Source: an uncultured Acidobacteriota bacterium | Lineage (GTDB): Bacteria > Acidobacteriota > Vicinamibacteria > Vicinamibacterales > 2-12-FULL-66-21 | NCBI GenBank assembly: GCA_963786615.1 | Contig: CAWAZT010000023.1 | Location: 184,118 to 248,117 of the forward strand | Direction: 5' to 3' | Length of the DNA: 64,000 nucleotides | In this document: in pieces, positions 29,194-41,380 of the stretch | Position numbering within the stretch: the stretch's first letter is position 1 | Layout of the letters: each line of letters begins with the position of its first letter | Made by a program: the position numbers and the translations under genes | Notes under the pieces: model-generated | The model's input: only the letters and a program-made list of their open reading frames with translations | The model's database searches: none | What the model was told of the DNA's origin: nothing

Positions 29194-29213
29194 AGGCGCG
29201 GGCCCGGGAAGAG

Positions 29214-29879
<666 letters not shown>

Positions 29880-30026
29880 TCAAGATAGCACAGGAACGCG
29901 TCACCGACGCGTCCCTCAGGACGCCAGGTCACGCGCGCGCTGACACATTTGGGCGCTCGGAAAAGCAGGAAAGGCGCCGGCCGTCAAGATTGACAACGTC
30001 CGCCGAAATCCCGAAGCTGGATCTGC

Positions 30027-30182
30027 ATGAAAGAATGTCCGCTCTGCGGCGAATCGATGCGGCTCGTGACGCGCGAGCGGTCGGATCGCGTCGCCGGCCT
30101 GCAGACCACGACCCGCCAGATCCGCGAATGGATCTGCCCCGAATGCGACTACTGGGAAGAAGCCGAAAGCGGTGAGGAATAA
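30027..30182 (+). CDS. 51-aa zinc-ribbon protein (YgiT-like CxxC...CxxC)
   Basis: MKECPLCGESMRLVTRERSDRVAGLQTTTRQIREWICPECDYWEEAESGEE*. No clear SD. Below the ORF-track length cutoff. Confidence 0.4.
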   Translation: MKECPLCGESMRLVTRERSDRVAGLQTTTRQIREWICPECDYWEEAESGEE

Positions 30183-30213
30183 GCGCGCGCGGCGCGCTTC
30201 GAAGGACCGGAGG

Positions 30214-30435
30214 TCAGCGGGCGCCGAGCGTCAGCAGCATCTCTTTCCGGATGGCGTCGTCGAAATCCTCGAAGTTGAGCGCGGTTTCGCACTCATCGCA
30301 GAGAACCTCGATGACCGCCGGGCGGCCTTCCTCATTTACTTCGACCCGCGCATCGTCCAGACGGACGACGTGCATCTGCAGGGTCTTGACCAGAAAGTTG
30401 CGGTCATTCCCGCAGCTCGGACAGGTCAACGCCAT
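30214..30435 (-). CDS. 73-aa zinc-ribbon protein
   Basis: MALTCPSCGNDRNF...VLCDECETALNFEDFDD. GAGGAG lies 9 nt upstream of the ATG. Confidence 0.5.
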   Translation of the reverse strand: MALTCPSCGNDRNFLVKTLQMHVVRLDDARVEVNEEGRPAVIEVLCDECETALNFEDFDDAIRKEMLLTLGAR

Positions 30436-30601
30436 CGAAACGCGCTCCTCACAGCCCGACTGGGCCAGTAAAACTCACGAATTGTACGGAATGGCTTAAG
30501 CATACGCAATCAAGATCTTCGCGCGGCTTCGCCACGATCGCGCGCAGGCACGGGCGCGCATGTGCAGCAAGGAGAATCTGGGAAACTCTATTGGGCTTGG
30601 A

Positions 30602-30626
30602 GAGGGGCGTCCGCAGACCGCCCCTC
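30602..30626 (-). terminator. GC-rich hairpin downstream of the 30641-30889 gene
   Basis: GAGGGGCG-TCCGCAGAC-CGCCCCTC (8-bp stem, 9-nt loop), 15 nt after the stop. No U tract. Confidence 0.3.
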
Positions 30627-30640
30627 GAGCGAGCTCAGCG

Positions 30641-30889
30641 CTATTCGTCGTCGTCGGCGTCTTCGAATTCCGCCGGATCGCCAAGACGAAGGATCTGGCC
30701 GGCCGTATGGCCCGAGAGAATGCAGTGAGGTCCTTTGGCTTCGAGCGAAACGACCGCGACGTCCCACGGCCGGGCACGATACGCCGCCGCGACGCAGCCG
30801 CACGGCAGCCCCTCGAGCGCTTCGAGCTCGAAGAGTGTCGCGGACGGCTTGACGCCAACGGAACTAACCGACCCCACTGGGAAAGTCAT
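30641..30889 (-). CDS. hypothetical 82-aa protein with Cys/His cluster and acidic tail
   Basis: GGAGG lies 5-6 nt upstream of the ATG. ...LPCGCVAAAYRARPWDVAVVSLEAKGPHCILSGH...EFEDADDDE*. Confidence 0.5.
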   Translation of the reverse strand: MTFPVGSVSSVGVKPSATLFELEALEGLPCGCVAAAYRARPWDVAVVSLEAKGPHCILSGHTAGQILRLGDPAEFEDADDDE

Positions 30890-31085
30890 AGCTGCCTCCG
30901 CTCGCCGGTGGCCTCAGGCTCGGCGCCAGCCGGCACCGCCCACATTGCAATTCAGGCGCCAGCTATTGGGTTAGACAGAGAGGGGGCAGGTTTGGTTCCT
31001 GGAAATTCGCGAACTCGCTGAATTTTCGACATTTCGAGGACGATGGTCGAGGAGCGGGCGGTTGGTGGCGACTGACCCCCGGAGG

Positions 31086-31617
31086 CTACAAAAGCCCAGG
31101 ATACGAGACTTCAGATCCGGTGATCCGTGCGAACTCGCTCATTCGGTGTGCTTTAGCTTCGCCCACCCCGAGAATGTGACGGACCGGAACACCGTGCGCC
31201 AGAACCGCATCAGCGAGCAGTTGGCGGTGGCATTGCCACCAAACCGCCTCAGCGCACATCACCGAGGTCGCGCCGTGCTGCGCAAACGCGAGCAGATCCT
31301 GGACACCGCGACGGAACTCCGGGGTCTGCATGTGATCGGCGTATCCGCGGAAGCCGGGATGCTGCCACGCGGTGTTTACGGAGTTAGGTCGTGGTTTTCG
31401 CAATCCGCCCAGTGACGGAAAGTGGCGATAACTGATCGCCCTCGACGCGCAAAAAATTGTCCAGCGCATCGCTGTTGAACTGCGGGTGCCGTCGCGATTT
31501 TGGGACCGTACGGACGTCCACGAGCTGCGCAATGTTGTGCAGTCGCAGCAGCGCCAGAAAATGATCGGCGGTATGGGTCGAGTGCCCGATGGTAAAGAGG
31601 GGGTTCGGATCGTTCAT
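31086..31617 (-). CDS. DUF488 family protein, one frameshift near 31440
   Basis: MNDPNPLFTIGHSTHTADHFLALLRLHNIAQLVDVRTVPKSRRHPQFN.., then ..YRHFPSLGGLRKPRP...ATSVMCAEAVWWQCHRQLLAD. The start overlaps the addA stop by 1 nt. Confidence 0.75.
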
Positions 31618-34600
31618 TAATCTGGGTAGACCAGCAACCCATCCACATCCGGTTGCGCACACAGCTCACGGGCCGCGCGGACGTATACGTTCAACTGCAC
31701 GTCGTGCTCCGGACGCCGAGCTCCTGTCTTGATCTCCAGGACCGTGAACGTGCCGTCAGGTCGCCGGACGAGGCAATCGATCGACCCACGGAGAATGCGA
31801 TCGGGATGATCCGGCAGCCGGACTGAGAATGGCACCTCGTACCGCCGGTCCCCGGTCTCCAACAATTCCCGTACGTCGGGCCGCCGCCGGATCGCGCGCC
31901 AGGCGTACGCCGCCTGTCTGCACACTGCCACGGGATCCTCCGCCACGGCACGCTCGTCCGCACGAAGCAGCGTCCGCACCCGCTCAGCCACCTCATCGAG
32001 GGACGCGTCGTCCTCCAGAATGGCCGCGTACTGAAACAGACGATGGACGAGGGTGCCGGCAAGGGCGTTTCGTGAATCCTCCGCTTCGGGAGGGGACGTA
32101 CACCCATCCGCTGTCGTTCCGGCCGTCACCGATTCGCGGGCGGCCGCCAGACCGGTGTCCGGCCATGGCGCCAGGGCATCCATCGCACCCGCGCCGGTTC
32201 GGGCTGCAGATACCGCGGAGGAAACGCGAGGCCGTTCATCGCGCGAATCTGCGCACACACGAAGCTCGAACGTCCGCCCTGATGCGGCCGACCACGCGAC
32301 CGTCCTGGCGCCGGCCGCAGCCGCCTGGTTGAAAAGGGCGCGAACGGACTCGGGCAGCACGTCCGCCAGGCTGCCACGACCAGGAATCAAGACACCATTC
32401 TTGATGAGCGACGCAAGATATAGACGGTCCCGCGCCCGGGTGAGCGCGACGTACATGAGACGCTTGGTCTCCTCCCGCTCGCGCAGCTTTTCCTCATCGT
32501 CCGTGTCCGACACGAACGGCCCGATCGACACTTCGTCGCCGGCAATCCTGACGGGCTTGGGCGGGCCGCTGGCTCCCCTCGCGAGATTGACGACGAACAC
32601 GACGGGGAACTCGAGGCCTTTCGCGGCGTGCACCGTCATGAGGTTCACGGCGTCGATGGCCTCGAGCACGGCGTTCGACTCGTCCCCGGCAGTGAGCGAG
32701 TCAAGGTGATCGGCAATGCGCGCGAGCGTCGCGTAGCCGCGATTCTGAATGCGCCTGACCAAGCCGCGCATCTTCTTGACGTTCTCCCAGGCCTGCGCGG
32801 ACCGCGCTCCCCGCAGCTCGTACGCGTACGCCGTCTCGGGCAGCACACGCTCGATGAGATCTGCCGGCGGCACACGATCGACGCGCGAGATCCAGCCCGG
32901 TACCTGCGCGCGCGCCGCTGCCAGCATGCGCCGGTCGGTCTCGTCGAGCGCGTCCAGCTGCTCCGGTGGCTGCGGATCGGTGAGCGCCGCCGCCAATCGC
33001 GGGGCGAGGCGCGCAAGCGCCTCGTCCGACAGGCGAACGAACCTGGATCGCAGGAACGCCGCGGCCCGCAGGTCGGATGCGGGATTTGCGAGGAAGCGAA
33101 TCAGCGCCGACACGTCTCTGACCTCGTCAGCGTCGAAGAACCCGAGACCCTTGTACACGTAGGTTGGAATGCTCAGCGCTTCGAGCGCGTGCTCCAGTTC
33201 CCTGTGGCTCGTCCGCGATCGGAAGAGGATCGCGATGTCTCCGGGCCTGGCGCGCCGTGCGATTCCCGTCTGTTTGTCGCGGATTGTCTCCTCTTCGAGG
33301 ACGCGCTTGACCTCCGCAGCAACCAGATTCGCGCAGACGATCGGATCTTCAGCGGCGGCGATGCCCAGCACCGGACCGTGGCCATGCGTCGCGCCCATCT
33401 CGACGGGGAACCGGTCCGACTCGCCGTAGCGGAAGTCGTCGTCTCGCAGGCGCGTTCCCGGCGATCTCGCCAAACAGATCGTTGACGAACGCGAGAAGCT
33501 CCGGGACCGCACGAAAGCTCCGCGTGATCGATCGTCGCGCCGTCGGCCCCGGCCGTAGCGCATCGATGAAGGTGCCCGCGTCGGCGAGCACCGCAACATC
33601 AGCGTCGCGAAAGCGGTAGATGGACTGCTTCCGGTCACCCACGATGAAGATGGACGGGCTGGCCGGCCACACCCAGGCCTTCGCCCCACGCCCGCACGAG
33701 CAGCGACACCAGCTCCCACTGCTTGCGGCTCGTGTCCTGGAACTCGTCGACCAGCACGTGCTGGTAGCGTCCCTCGAGCCGGAACCGGCTCTGCGAGAAT
33801 TCGTCCATCCTGCCGAGCAGATCCACGGCGCGCTGCAGCACGTCCGAGAAGTCCAGGAGCGATCGCTCGTCGAGCGCGATCCGGTACTGGGCGAGCGCGA
33901 TCGCAAACATCCGACGGACGCCTCGTGCCAGGACACCGTTCAGATCGCGCGCAAACGCGCGGACGATGTCCTCGATCGGGCGGCTGAGCGAGAGGGCGGC
34001 TTCCCGATGGCGCTTCCCGGCCGCGGCGTGGGGATAGTCGTCCTTGCCGTAGGGGTGAATCCTTTCAGCCTGACGGCACTTGCCCGCCGCGGTCAGGAAA
34101 TGACCGCTGACGCGATCGATCAGCCCGCGAACGCGCGCGTTGTCCGCCGTGCCGAACGTGGACAGCCGTCGCAGGTCGGCGGCCAGAAGCTGAAATCGCG
34201 GATGGTTCACCGGACCGTCGTCGAGGAACCGATCCAGGCCGCCAGGAAGACCTGCGAAAAGATCGCTCAGCCGGTTCACCGCCCGGGCGCAGACCTCGCA
34301 TGCGTCAATGTTGGCCGGCGCACGTGCGAGGAATCTGTCGAGGACGTCCCACGCCACCAGCCGGCGGCTCAGAAGGTGCGCGAGGCCTTCGCGGGTCCGC
34401 GAGAGTCCCAGCTGTGCGAGGACCAGCGCAACGTCCGGCTCGCGCTTGGCGAGACCGATGAAGATTGCGAGCGACTTGTCGAGCGACTGATCCACCAGGC
34501 GGGGCACTTCCGTTTCGTCGGCGAGCGTGAAGTTCGGATCGAGATCCGCTTCCAACGGAAACTCGCGGAGCATCGCCAGACAGAACGCGTCGATCGTGCT

Positions 34601-34963
34601 GATCTGAATGTCGGCGAGCCGGTCGCGCAGGAGGATCCAGCGGCTACGATCGAGCGTCGACTGGTCCGCGGCGCGGCGCAGATCACGGATGATCCGTTCA
34701 CGCATTTCCGCGGCCGCCTTGCGCGTGAACGTGATCGCCAGAATGTTGGCGGGATCGACGCCGCGCAGCAGGAGGTTGACGTAGCGCGATACGAGGACTG
34801 ACGTCTTGCCGGTTCCCGCGGACGCCTCGAGCACGACGTTGTGCTCCGGATCTTCGGCAAACGCGCGCGCGTCGCGATCGGCCCGCATGTGGACGTCCTC
34901 GTTCTCCGCCATCGGCGGGGGAACAGGCTCGTCCGCGCCGAAGAGCGACAGTTGATCACTCAT
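31617..34963 (-). CDS. addA: AddA-type UvrD-family helicase with C-terminal PD-(D/E)xK nuclease, 2 frameshifts (about 33655 and 33455)
   Basis: Walker A EASAGTGKT, ITFTRKAAAEMRERI, VLVDEFQDTS, / SIFIVGDRKQSIYRFRDA / ...MTVHAAKGLEFPVVFV, MYVALTRARDRLYL, nuclease GSIDCLV...VLEIKTG. Confidence 0.85.
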
Positions 34964-37885
34964 CGCCCACGTAGTCCTTCCGGCAGACCGCGGCGTACGC
35001 GCACCAGGTGCAGCGGTACGGATCGTCGGGCTGCACCGGGAACTCGCCGCGCTCGATCCCGTCCACCGCGCCGCACAAACGCGCCTCGCCGTCGCTCAGC
35101 GCCTTCTCGAGCTCCTCGGCGTTCCTGCCGAGCGACACGAACGGCTGCTTCTCGCGGAACGCGACGTATCCGGCACGTGACGGAGACCACGATCGGCCGT
35201 GCCGTCCTTCGAGTGCCTGCGCCGAACACGCGCCGTAGACCGGGAGTTGCAGCGAGCGATCCTGTTTGGGCGCTCTGCCCAGCTTGTAGTCGATGATCCG
35301 CAACGTGCCATCGGCGAGCAGGTCGATGCGATCCGCCTTCGCACGAAGCGCGATCGACCGCGCGACGCCGCCAGCGGAGAATTCAAACGTGTCCTGCAGC
35401 TCGTATTCGAGCAGGCGTTCGACCACGGGTGCGTCCTGCTCGATCTCGAAGCCGAACGCGCGCTCGGCCAGCCCGGCTGCGGCGGCCGATCCAAGCAACA
35501 GCGTGCGTTCGAGCGCTCGATCCCCTTCGGCGAGCCGCGCCAGCCGGCCTTCCGCCAGCTCCTCGAACAGCGTCACCGCATCGCGGACGTTCGCGGTCGT
35601 CACGGCACCGTGGCCCCGCCGCTGCCATTCCGAGAAGAACTCGAAGAACACTTCGTGGACGAACTGTCCGCGCTCCTGCGGCGTCATCCACGCTTCCTCG
35701 TCGCGCTCCTCTGGGAGCTTCAGGACGTGGGCCGCGAAATACTTGAACGGGCACTCGAGATATCGCTCCACGTGGCTGACGGCATACGCCTTCGGCTGCT
35801 GCGCACCCGTGAAGCCGTGAAACCGCGGATCGTCGCAGGACCGATTCCTCCGCAGACTCCAGCCACGACCGGGCGGATCCGGTGGTGGCCGCCGCCACGA
35901 TCGGCTCGAACATGATGGCTTCGTGCGTGAAGACGCGGCCGTCAGCGGGCGCCGTCGCCGTCTCGAGCCGCAAGCCGCTTGTCTGAACCTCGTCGAGCAA
36001 CGACGTCGCAGACACGAGCGCCGTCGTCCTCCAGATGGAAGGTCGACAGCGCGACGCGCTGACGCGCGAGGCGAAGCAGATCCTGAAACCGCGCGCGCGC
36101 CGCCGACACCCGCTCCGGCTCCGCGGGCCAGCCGAGCTGCGACAGCAGAGACTGAGGATAGAAGATGTTCCGGCCGGTGCGTTCTGGCCAATCTGCCTCG
36201 ACCAGGCCAACGATGCGCACCTCGTCGACGTCGGCGAACGGTGCTGCCGTCGCATCCATCAACGACACGCCGTCGCGGCCCAATCGTGGCGAGAACGTCT
36301 GACCCTCAATCCAGCGACGAAGGACGCCGGACAGATCGGCTGCTGAGAGCGGCTCCGGATCGTATGCCGCGTGTGCGTCTCGCAGCATGGCGAACGCCGA
36401 CAGCACCGCAGCCCTGGCGCGCATGTGCGAGCCATGCCACTCATCCCCGGGCCGGGGCTGGATCTCGTGCGATTCGATGAAGCCGAGGATCGCGGCAATC
36501 TGATCCGGTGCGGACGACTGTCCGAAGGCGTCAACCAGCTGCTTGCGCAACGCTCGCGGCCACCGCAAGCGCATGACGGACGCGCGTGGCTCGGTCATCG
36601 CCGGCGGCCTCGTCAGCGAGGGCCCTGAGCCGAGCTGCGTGTCCCAGATATTTGCGATCGACGAGATATCGATCGAGCGTCGCGATCTCGGCCCGCGTCG
36701 AGATCAAACGAGAAGTGCGGGCTGCGCAGCAGCTCGACGAGCGCCGCCCGCGTGAAGTCGGCCGTGACGGCGTGAAGATCAGATCGATTGCCGCGGCAAA
36801 CGGCTCTCCGGCCAGCGGCAATGCGTCGAGCGCCTGATAGGGCACGCCGCCATCCGCGAACACCTGCCGCGCCAGATAGAGATACGGCAACGGTCGCTGG
36901 AAGACGACCGCGGTTCGCTCGAGACGACGGCGTCGATCGGGGTCCTGTTTGATGGCCCTGACGAAGTCCCGCCAGCTCTTCTTCGCGATCACGAAACACG
37001 AACGCATTCGGTTGCGCGCGCTCGTCGAAGCCGCCGGGAACCATCACGACCGGAGGCTCGTCGGCCGCGGCGCGACGTTCCTCCTCGAGGCCGGGCAGGA
37101 GATCGTGGAGCCGCTCGTGAAAGCCCGTGGCCAGCACCGATTCGGTTGCGACGATATCGACGCGATCGAGATGCGGCAGCCGGCTCAGGAGATCGAAATC
37201 GGCAGACCACAGCCCGTGAGGATCGGCAGCCTGATCAGCCACTGTCACCACAACGTGACGATAGATCGGGCTCGTTGCGTCCAGCGCCAGCGCTCGAACG
37301 GAATGTTCGTCGGTGGAACCCGTCGCCACGACGGCCGCTTCGAACCGATCGAACGCGTCGACGAGGAAGAGCGTCTGCTGGAGGAGACGGGCCGCCCCAC
37401 GATCGTGCGACGGCGCTCGACTCGAGGCTCCCGATCAGCAGCCGCTCGAAGTCGGCCACAGTCTTGTGACGACGACGAAGCTCGTCGTACAGCCGAAGAA
37501 TCTCCACGACGTGGCCGGGCCGTACATGGAAGGGCGGCTCGGCACCAGCCATGCGGGCTTCGCGAATGGCCTTGCCCAGGAGCACTTCGCGCGCGAGTTC
37601 GTTCAGGGGCGGCTGGGCGAACGAGAAGCGTTGCGCGAGCCGGACGTAGAAGTCGCGCCGCGTCACGAGGTCTGGAAGTGCGACCGCGCGGCGCGGGTGA
37701 GCGCCGTCCACCAACGTCAGGTGCTCGATGGTCCGGCGAAGCTCTTCGGCGGCACCATGAGAGGGCACGATCACGGCGCAGTCGCGTGCGGCGAACGGGT
37801 CGGTCGGCAGAATGTCGGCGAGCGTCCGATGAAACGTCCGAAGGTCCGCGACCCGGACCAGTCGGACGCCGCGAGGCGTAATCAC
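34956..37885 (-). CDS. addB: AddB-type nuclease subunit (inactivated helicase-like N-terminus, RecB-like nuclease with Fe-S cysteines), at least 7 frameshifts
   Basis: The pieces read in order: (V)ITPRGVRLVRVADLRTFH...ILRLYDELRRRH / ...ATGSTDEHSVRALALD... / ..FVRAIKQDPDRRRRLERTAVVFQRPLPYLYL.. / ..ELLRSPHF.. / ..RIVGLVEADWPERTGRNIFYP.. / ...HVERYLECPFKYF...RIDYKLG...YRCTWCAYAAVC. Its stop overlaps the addA start by 8 nt. Confidence 0.8.
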
Positions 37886-39274
37886 TTCAGGTCTGGCGGC
37901 CTGGTCAACCGCTGCAGTTCGTCCGATGCGCGATCGAGGAGCATCAGCGCGCCGGCCGCGGCCGAGGCCGCTTCCCACGCCGGCTGCATCTCGCCCGTGC
38001 TCACGGCCTGCTGCCGCGAGGTGACCGCACGCGTGGCGAGCTGCGTGGCGGACGACAGCAGGCTCAAGACGGTCTCCCCGCCGACGGGGGCGGTTACCTG
38101 CGCGAGCTGGCGCGTCACAATCGACGTCTGGCCCTTGAAGCCACACGAGCGTTCGGCGCGGCGTGGTGTCGAGCTGACGGATAGCCTCGAGCCGCGTGCG
38201 GCATTCGCGCATCATCGCAACCGGCTGCGCGATGGCCGTCTGGAACTCACTCAGCAGCTCGAGACGCGCGGCCCATTGGTCGCGCGCGAGCCGCAGGCGC
38301 CGTGCGCCGTCGAGTTTCACATCCAGTGACGCCATCAGCGCCGCGAACTCCTGCGGCCGCTGCCGGCCGAGGCGCTCGTCCTCGCGCAACGCGCGCTGCT
38401 GGAGGTTCAGGACGGCGCGCACGTTGGCGTCGCGCGCGAACCGGTCCGCTGATCGGACAGTTGCGGACGTCAGCGTCGAATAGCTGCGGTCGATGCGTTC
38501 TTCGGTCGCCAGCGCCGTGGACACGCGAAGCTTGAGCGGATCCGCCCAGCGTCTCGCCGTTCGTGATGCTCGACAGGCTCTCGGCAATCGCGCGAAGCAA
38601 CGATGTGCGTTCGGTCGTGTCCGTCGTGAGCGCGGCCGCACGGATGGCCTGCTCGGTGCTTTCCTGGAGGTCCGGGGCGGCCATCATCGGCACGTCCGGA
38701 GGGGCCGCCATGTTCGCCACGAGCGCCAGGTTCGTGTTCTTGGCACCCGATGCGGCGCGCACGTCGGCAATCACGCCGTCGAACAAGCTCGCGAGCTCAG
38801 CGACGTCCGGCGCGCGATACGCGAAATGTTCCGCCGCCCAGCGTGTCACGTTCTGACGCGCTTCGATCGCCATCGCCAGCTTGCGATCCGCAGTCCGGCG
38901 TGACGGCGATATCGCTCAACGCACGCGCCACAGACTGCTGCAGCAGCGCGTACTGGTCTGGACCGCGCGTCGCGGCGAATCGCGCCGCCCGCGCCGCTTC
39001 GGCATACGCGTCCGTCCGATCCCAGTCGACGTTCGTCGCGGGAATGCTCAGGAGCTGCAGGCGAGGCGCCGCCGGCGTGCCGCCGAGCGGGAGACTCAAC
39101 ACGACGAGATCCGCCACCCGCGCGAACTCGCCGTAGCTCACGAGCGTCGATCCGTCGGTCGAGGAACACGCGATACAGCGTGGCGTCGGACGCGGACGTC
39201 TGCGCACGCGCCAGGGCGGCTGACGCCACGAGAACGGCGGCAAGAGCCGCGCGCTGAAGGGCTGTGGAAAACAT
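37882..39274 (-). CDS. hypothetical signal-peptide protein (about 460 aa) coupled to addB, about 4 frameshifts
   Basis: MFSTALQRAALAAVLVASAALARAQT..ATLYRVFL / TDGSTLVSYGEFARVADLVVLSLPLGG... / ..MAIEARQNVTRWAAEHFAYRAP.. / ..LKLRVSTALATEERIDRSY.. / ..TRQLAQVTAPVGG...LQRLTRPPDLK*. The stop overlaps the addB GTG (GTGA). Confidence 0.55.
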
Positions 39275-39446
39275 GTGGACGAAACGTGGAAACGCTGTGG
39301 ACATTCTGTCACGACGCAGATATTTTTTCGCGCTCTGCTCAGGATCTCCGGCCGCTGCTGCATGTGAGTGCGCCTTCGGTCCTCCTTTCGCTTGCGCCAC
39401 AGGTGACGCGCGCTAGAATGCTCCGTCGCCGCCCTTCCCAAACACC

Positions 39447-39674
39447 GTGACCGTGCATCATTTCGAACAGATCATCAATGGACGCCCGTACCGCATCGAG
39501 GTATCGGCCGTCGGACTCGACAAGTGGCGTGCGCAAATCGCGCACGCGCCCGGCGGATCGCGGGCGCTGATGCCCTTCTATGGTCGAACGCCCGATGAAG
39601 CCGCGGCGCATCTGAGCCAGTGGCTCAACCTGGCCCACGGCCGGCCACCGTCGCAGGGTACCCCACAGGCGTGA
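39447..39674 (+). CDS. hypothetical 75-aa protein
   Basis: ORF only (GTG start, no clear SD): MTVHHFEQIINGRPYRIEVSAVGLDKWRAQIAH... Confidence 0.3.
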   Translation: MTVHHFEQIINGRPYRIEVSAVGLDKWRAQIAHAPGGSRALMPFYGRTPDEAAAHLSQWLNLAHGRPPSQGTPQA

Positions 39675-39811
39675 CAGCGTGGGTCAGAGCCACGGACCTC
39701 GACAGCCGTCACCAAGTCATTGAGAACACAGACGGCACCGACAGGCAAACGGCCATTTGCCGATCCTGGTCTTCGCCACAGAACACTGTCAGCCCGAGAA
39801 CGCAGCGCTGA

Positions 39812-40624
39812 TCACGTCGGAGCCCCGGCTGCGGCACCTTGTTGAGCAGGCACTTGCATAACAGCCGTCAGCGCGTCCTCCGTGGCTGTCTGTGGCTTTT
39901 CTCTCCGCGTCGTCCGCGTCTTCCGCGGCCTCTGTCTCGATGGCCTGCCGCCGCGCGAGTCTAGCCATGATCCGATCTGTGTGGCGCCCGCGTCGTCTGT
40001 CGGCGGCTGGCCGACCGGCCTCGGCCTCGGCTTCGCCGCCGTGGTCTGCAGACCGTACGACCGCAAGAACGCGTCCACAACGACTTCGCGGATGTCCGTC
40101 GGCGACTCCTTGTCGATCAGCGTGAGCACGTGCGCGTACATCATCGGACCGAACAGCTGCGCGATGGCGACGTCGATGCTCAACTCGCGCGGCAGGAGCC
40201 CGCGGGCGATCGCCCCTTGGAGCACGCTGGCGAGCTCCGCGCGCGGCGGCTCCAGGACGCGAGCGCGCCAGGCCTTGCCGAACGCCGGGTTGCGGACGCC
40301 GTAGGCCATCAGATGCGGCATCAGGCGGCTGCGCGCCTCGGCATGCTGCTCGGGTGGTTGATGGTTGAGGATCGCCAGGAGATCCGTCCGCAGATCGCCG
40401 GTCTCGACGCGCGTGGACGCGCCGCCCCGGCCATGCACCCACATCATCACCTCGAGGCAGAGCGCATCCTTGTCCGCCCAGTGCTTGTAGATCGTCGCCT
40501 TGCTGACGCGCGACGCCTCGGCAATCGCGTCCACGCTGGTGGCGTCGATGCCCCGCTCGGCGAACAGTTTCAGCGCCGCCGCGAGCACGTCGGCGTGCGC
40601 CCGCACGCTCCTGGACCGGGCCAT
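39812..40624 (-). CDS. TetR/AcrR family regulator (the last 70-80 codons are probably read-through of an intergenic repeat)
   Basis: MARSRSVRAHADVLAAALKLFAERGIDATSVDAIAEASRVSKATIYKHWADKDAL (HTH). The tail ...RPRKTRTTRRE... is encoded by the 9-mer repeat at 39904-39930. Confidence 0.8.
   Translation of the reverse strand: MARSRSVRAHADVLAAALKLFAERGIDATSVDAIAEASRVSKATIYKHWADKDALCLEVMMWVHGRGGASTRVETGDLRTDLLAILNHQPPEQHAEARSRLMPHLMAYGVRNPAFGKAWRARVLEPPRAELASVLQGAIARGLLPRELSIDVAIAQLFGPMMYAHVLTLIDKESPTDIREVVVDAFLRSYGLQTTAAKPRPRPVGQPPTDDAGATQIGSWLDSRGGRPSRQRPRKTRTTRREKPQTATEDALTAVMQVPAQQGAAAGAPT
39904..39930. repeat. TCCGCGTCG TCCGCGTCT TCCGCGGCC (dispersed 9-mer repeat family, locus D)
   Basis: Its reverse complement GGCCGCGGAAGACGCGGACGACGCGGA is near-identical to locus B (49930-49957). 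Confidence 0.5.
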
Positions 40625-40626
40625 CG

Positions 40627-41380
40627 TCAGATCTGGATCTTCGAGAAGGCGCGAGCTCCCAGGCCGATGAAGATCGCGCCGACGCCAGCCAGGACGATGA
40701 CGTCGGTCACGACGCTGAAATGCGAGACGCCAATGAAGGCGCCGCGCAGCCCGTCGATGCCATACGTGAGCGGATCGATGCGTCGTCGCAATCACCAGGC
40801 CTTTCGGCAGGTCGTTCAGCGGGAAGAGCGCGCCGGACAGAAAGAAGATCGGCATGACCAGGAAGTTCATGATCAGCTGGAAGCCCTGCATGTTCTGCAG
40901 CGTCGAGCCAATCGCCGTGCCGAGCGCCGCGAACACGACGCTGATGAGCGTCATGAACAGCACCGCCTGCGGCAGCGTCGAGGCGTGCGCGGGCCGGAAT
41001 CCGGCAATCAGGCAGATGATCACGACCAGCAGCCCCTGGATGATCGCGACGGTCGCGCCGCCGAACGTGCGCCCCGCCATGATCTGCAGGCGCGGCACAG
41101 GCGCGACGAGCGTTTCCTTGAGGAACCCGAACTGTCGGTCCCACAGCAGGCCGATGCCGGAGAAGATCGACGAGAACAGCACCGACATCGCGATCACGCC
41201 AGGGGCGACGAACTGCAGGTAGCTGCCCTGACCCGCTTTCTGAAAGACAGGACCGAGGCCGAATCCCAGCGCCAGCAGATAGAGCAACGGCGATCCGAGC
41301 GAGGCGATCATCTGCGATCGCGATCGCGAATAGCGCTTGAGCTCGCGCAGCCAGAGAATATAGATCACGCTCACGGTCAT
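40627..41380 (-). CDS. ABC-2 type transporter permease, one frameshift near 40787
   Basis: MTVSVIYILWLRELKRYSRSRSQMIASL...FLSGALFPLNDLPKGLVIAT, then a shift, then IDPLTYGIDGLRGAFIGVSHF...FSKIQI*. Start ATGA-coupled to the ATPase stop. Confidence 0.8.
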
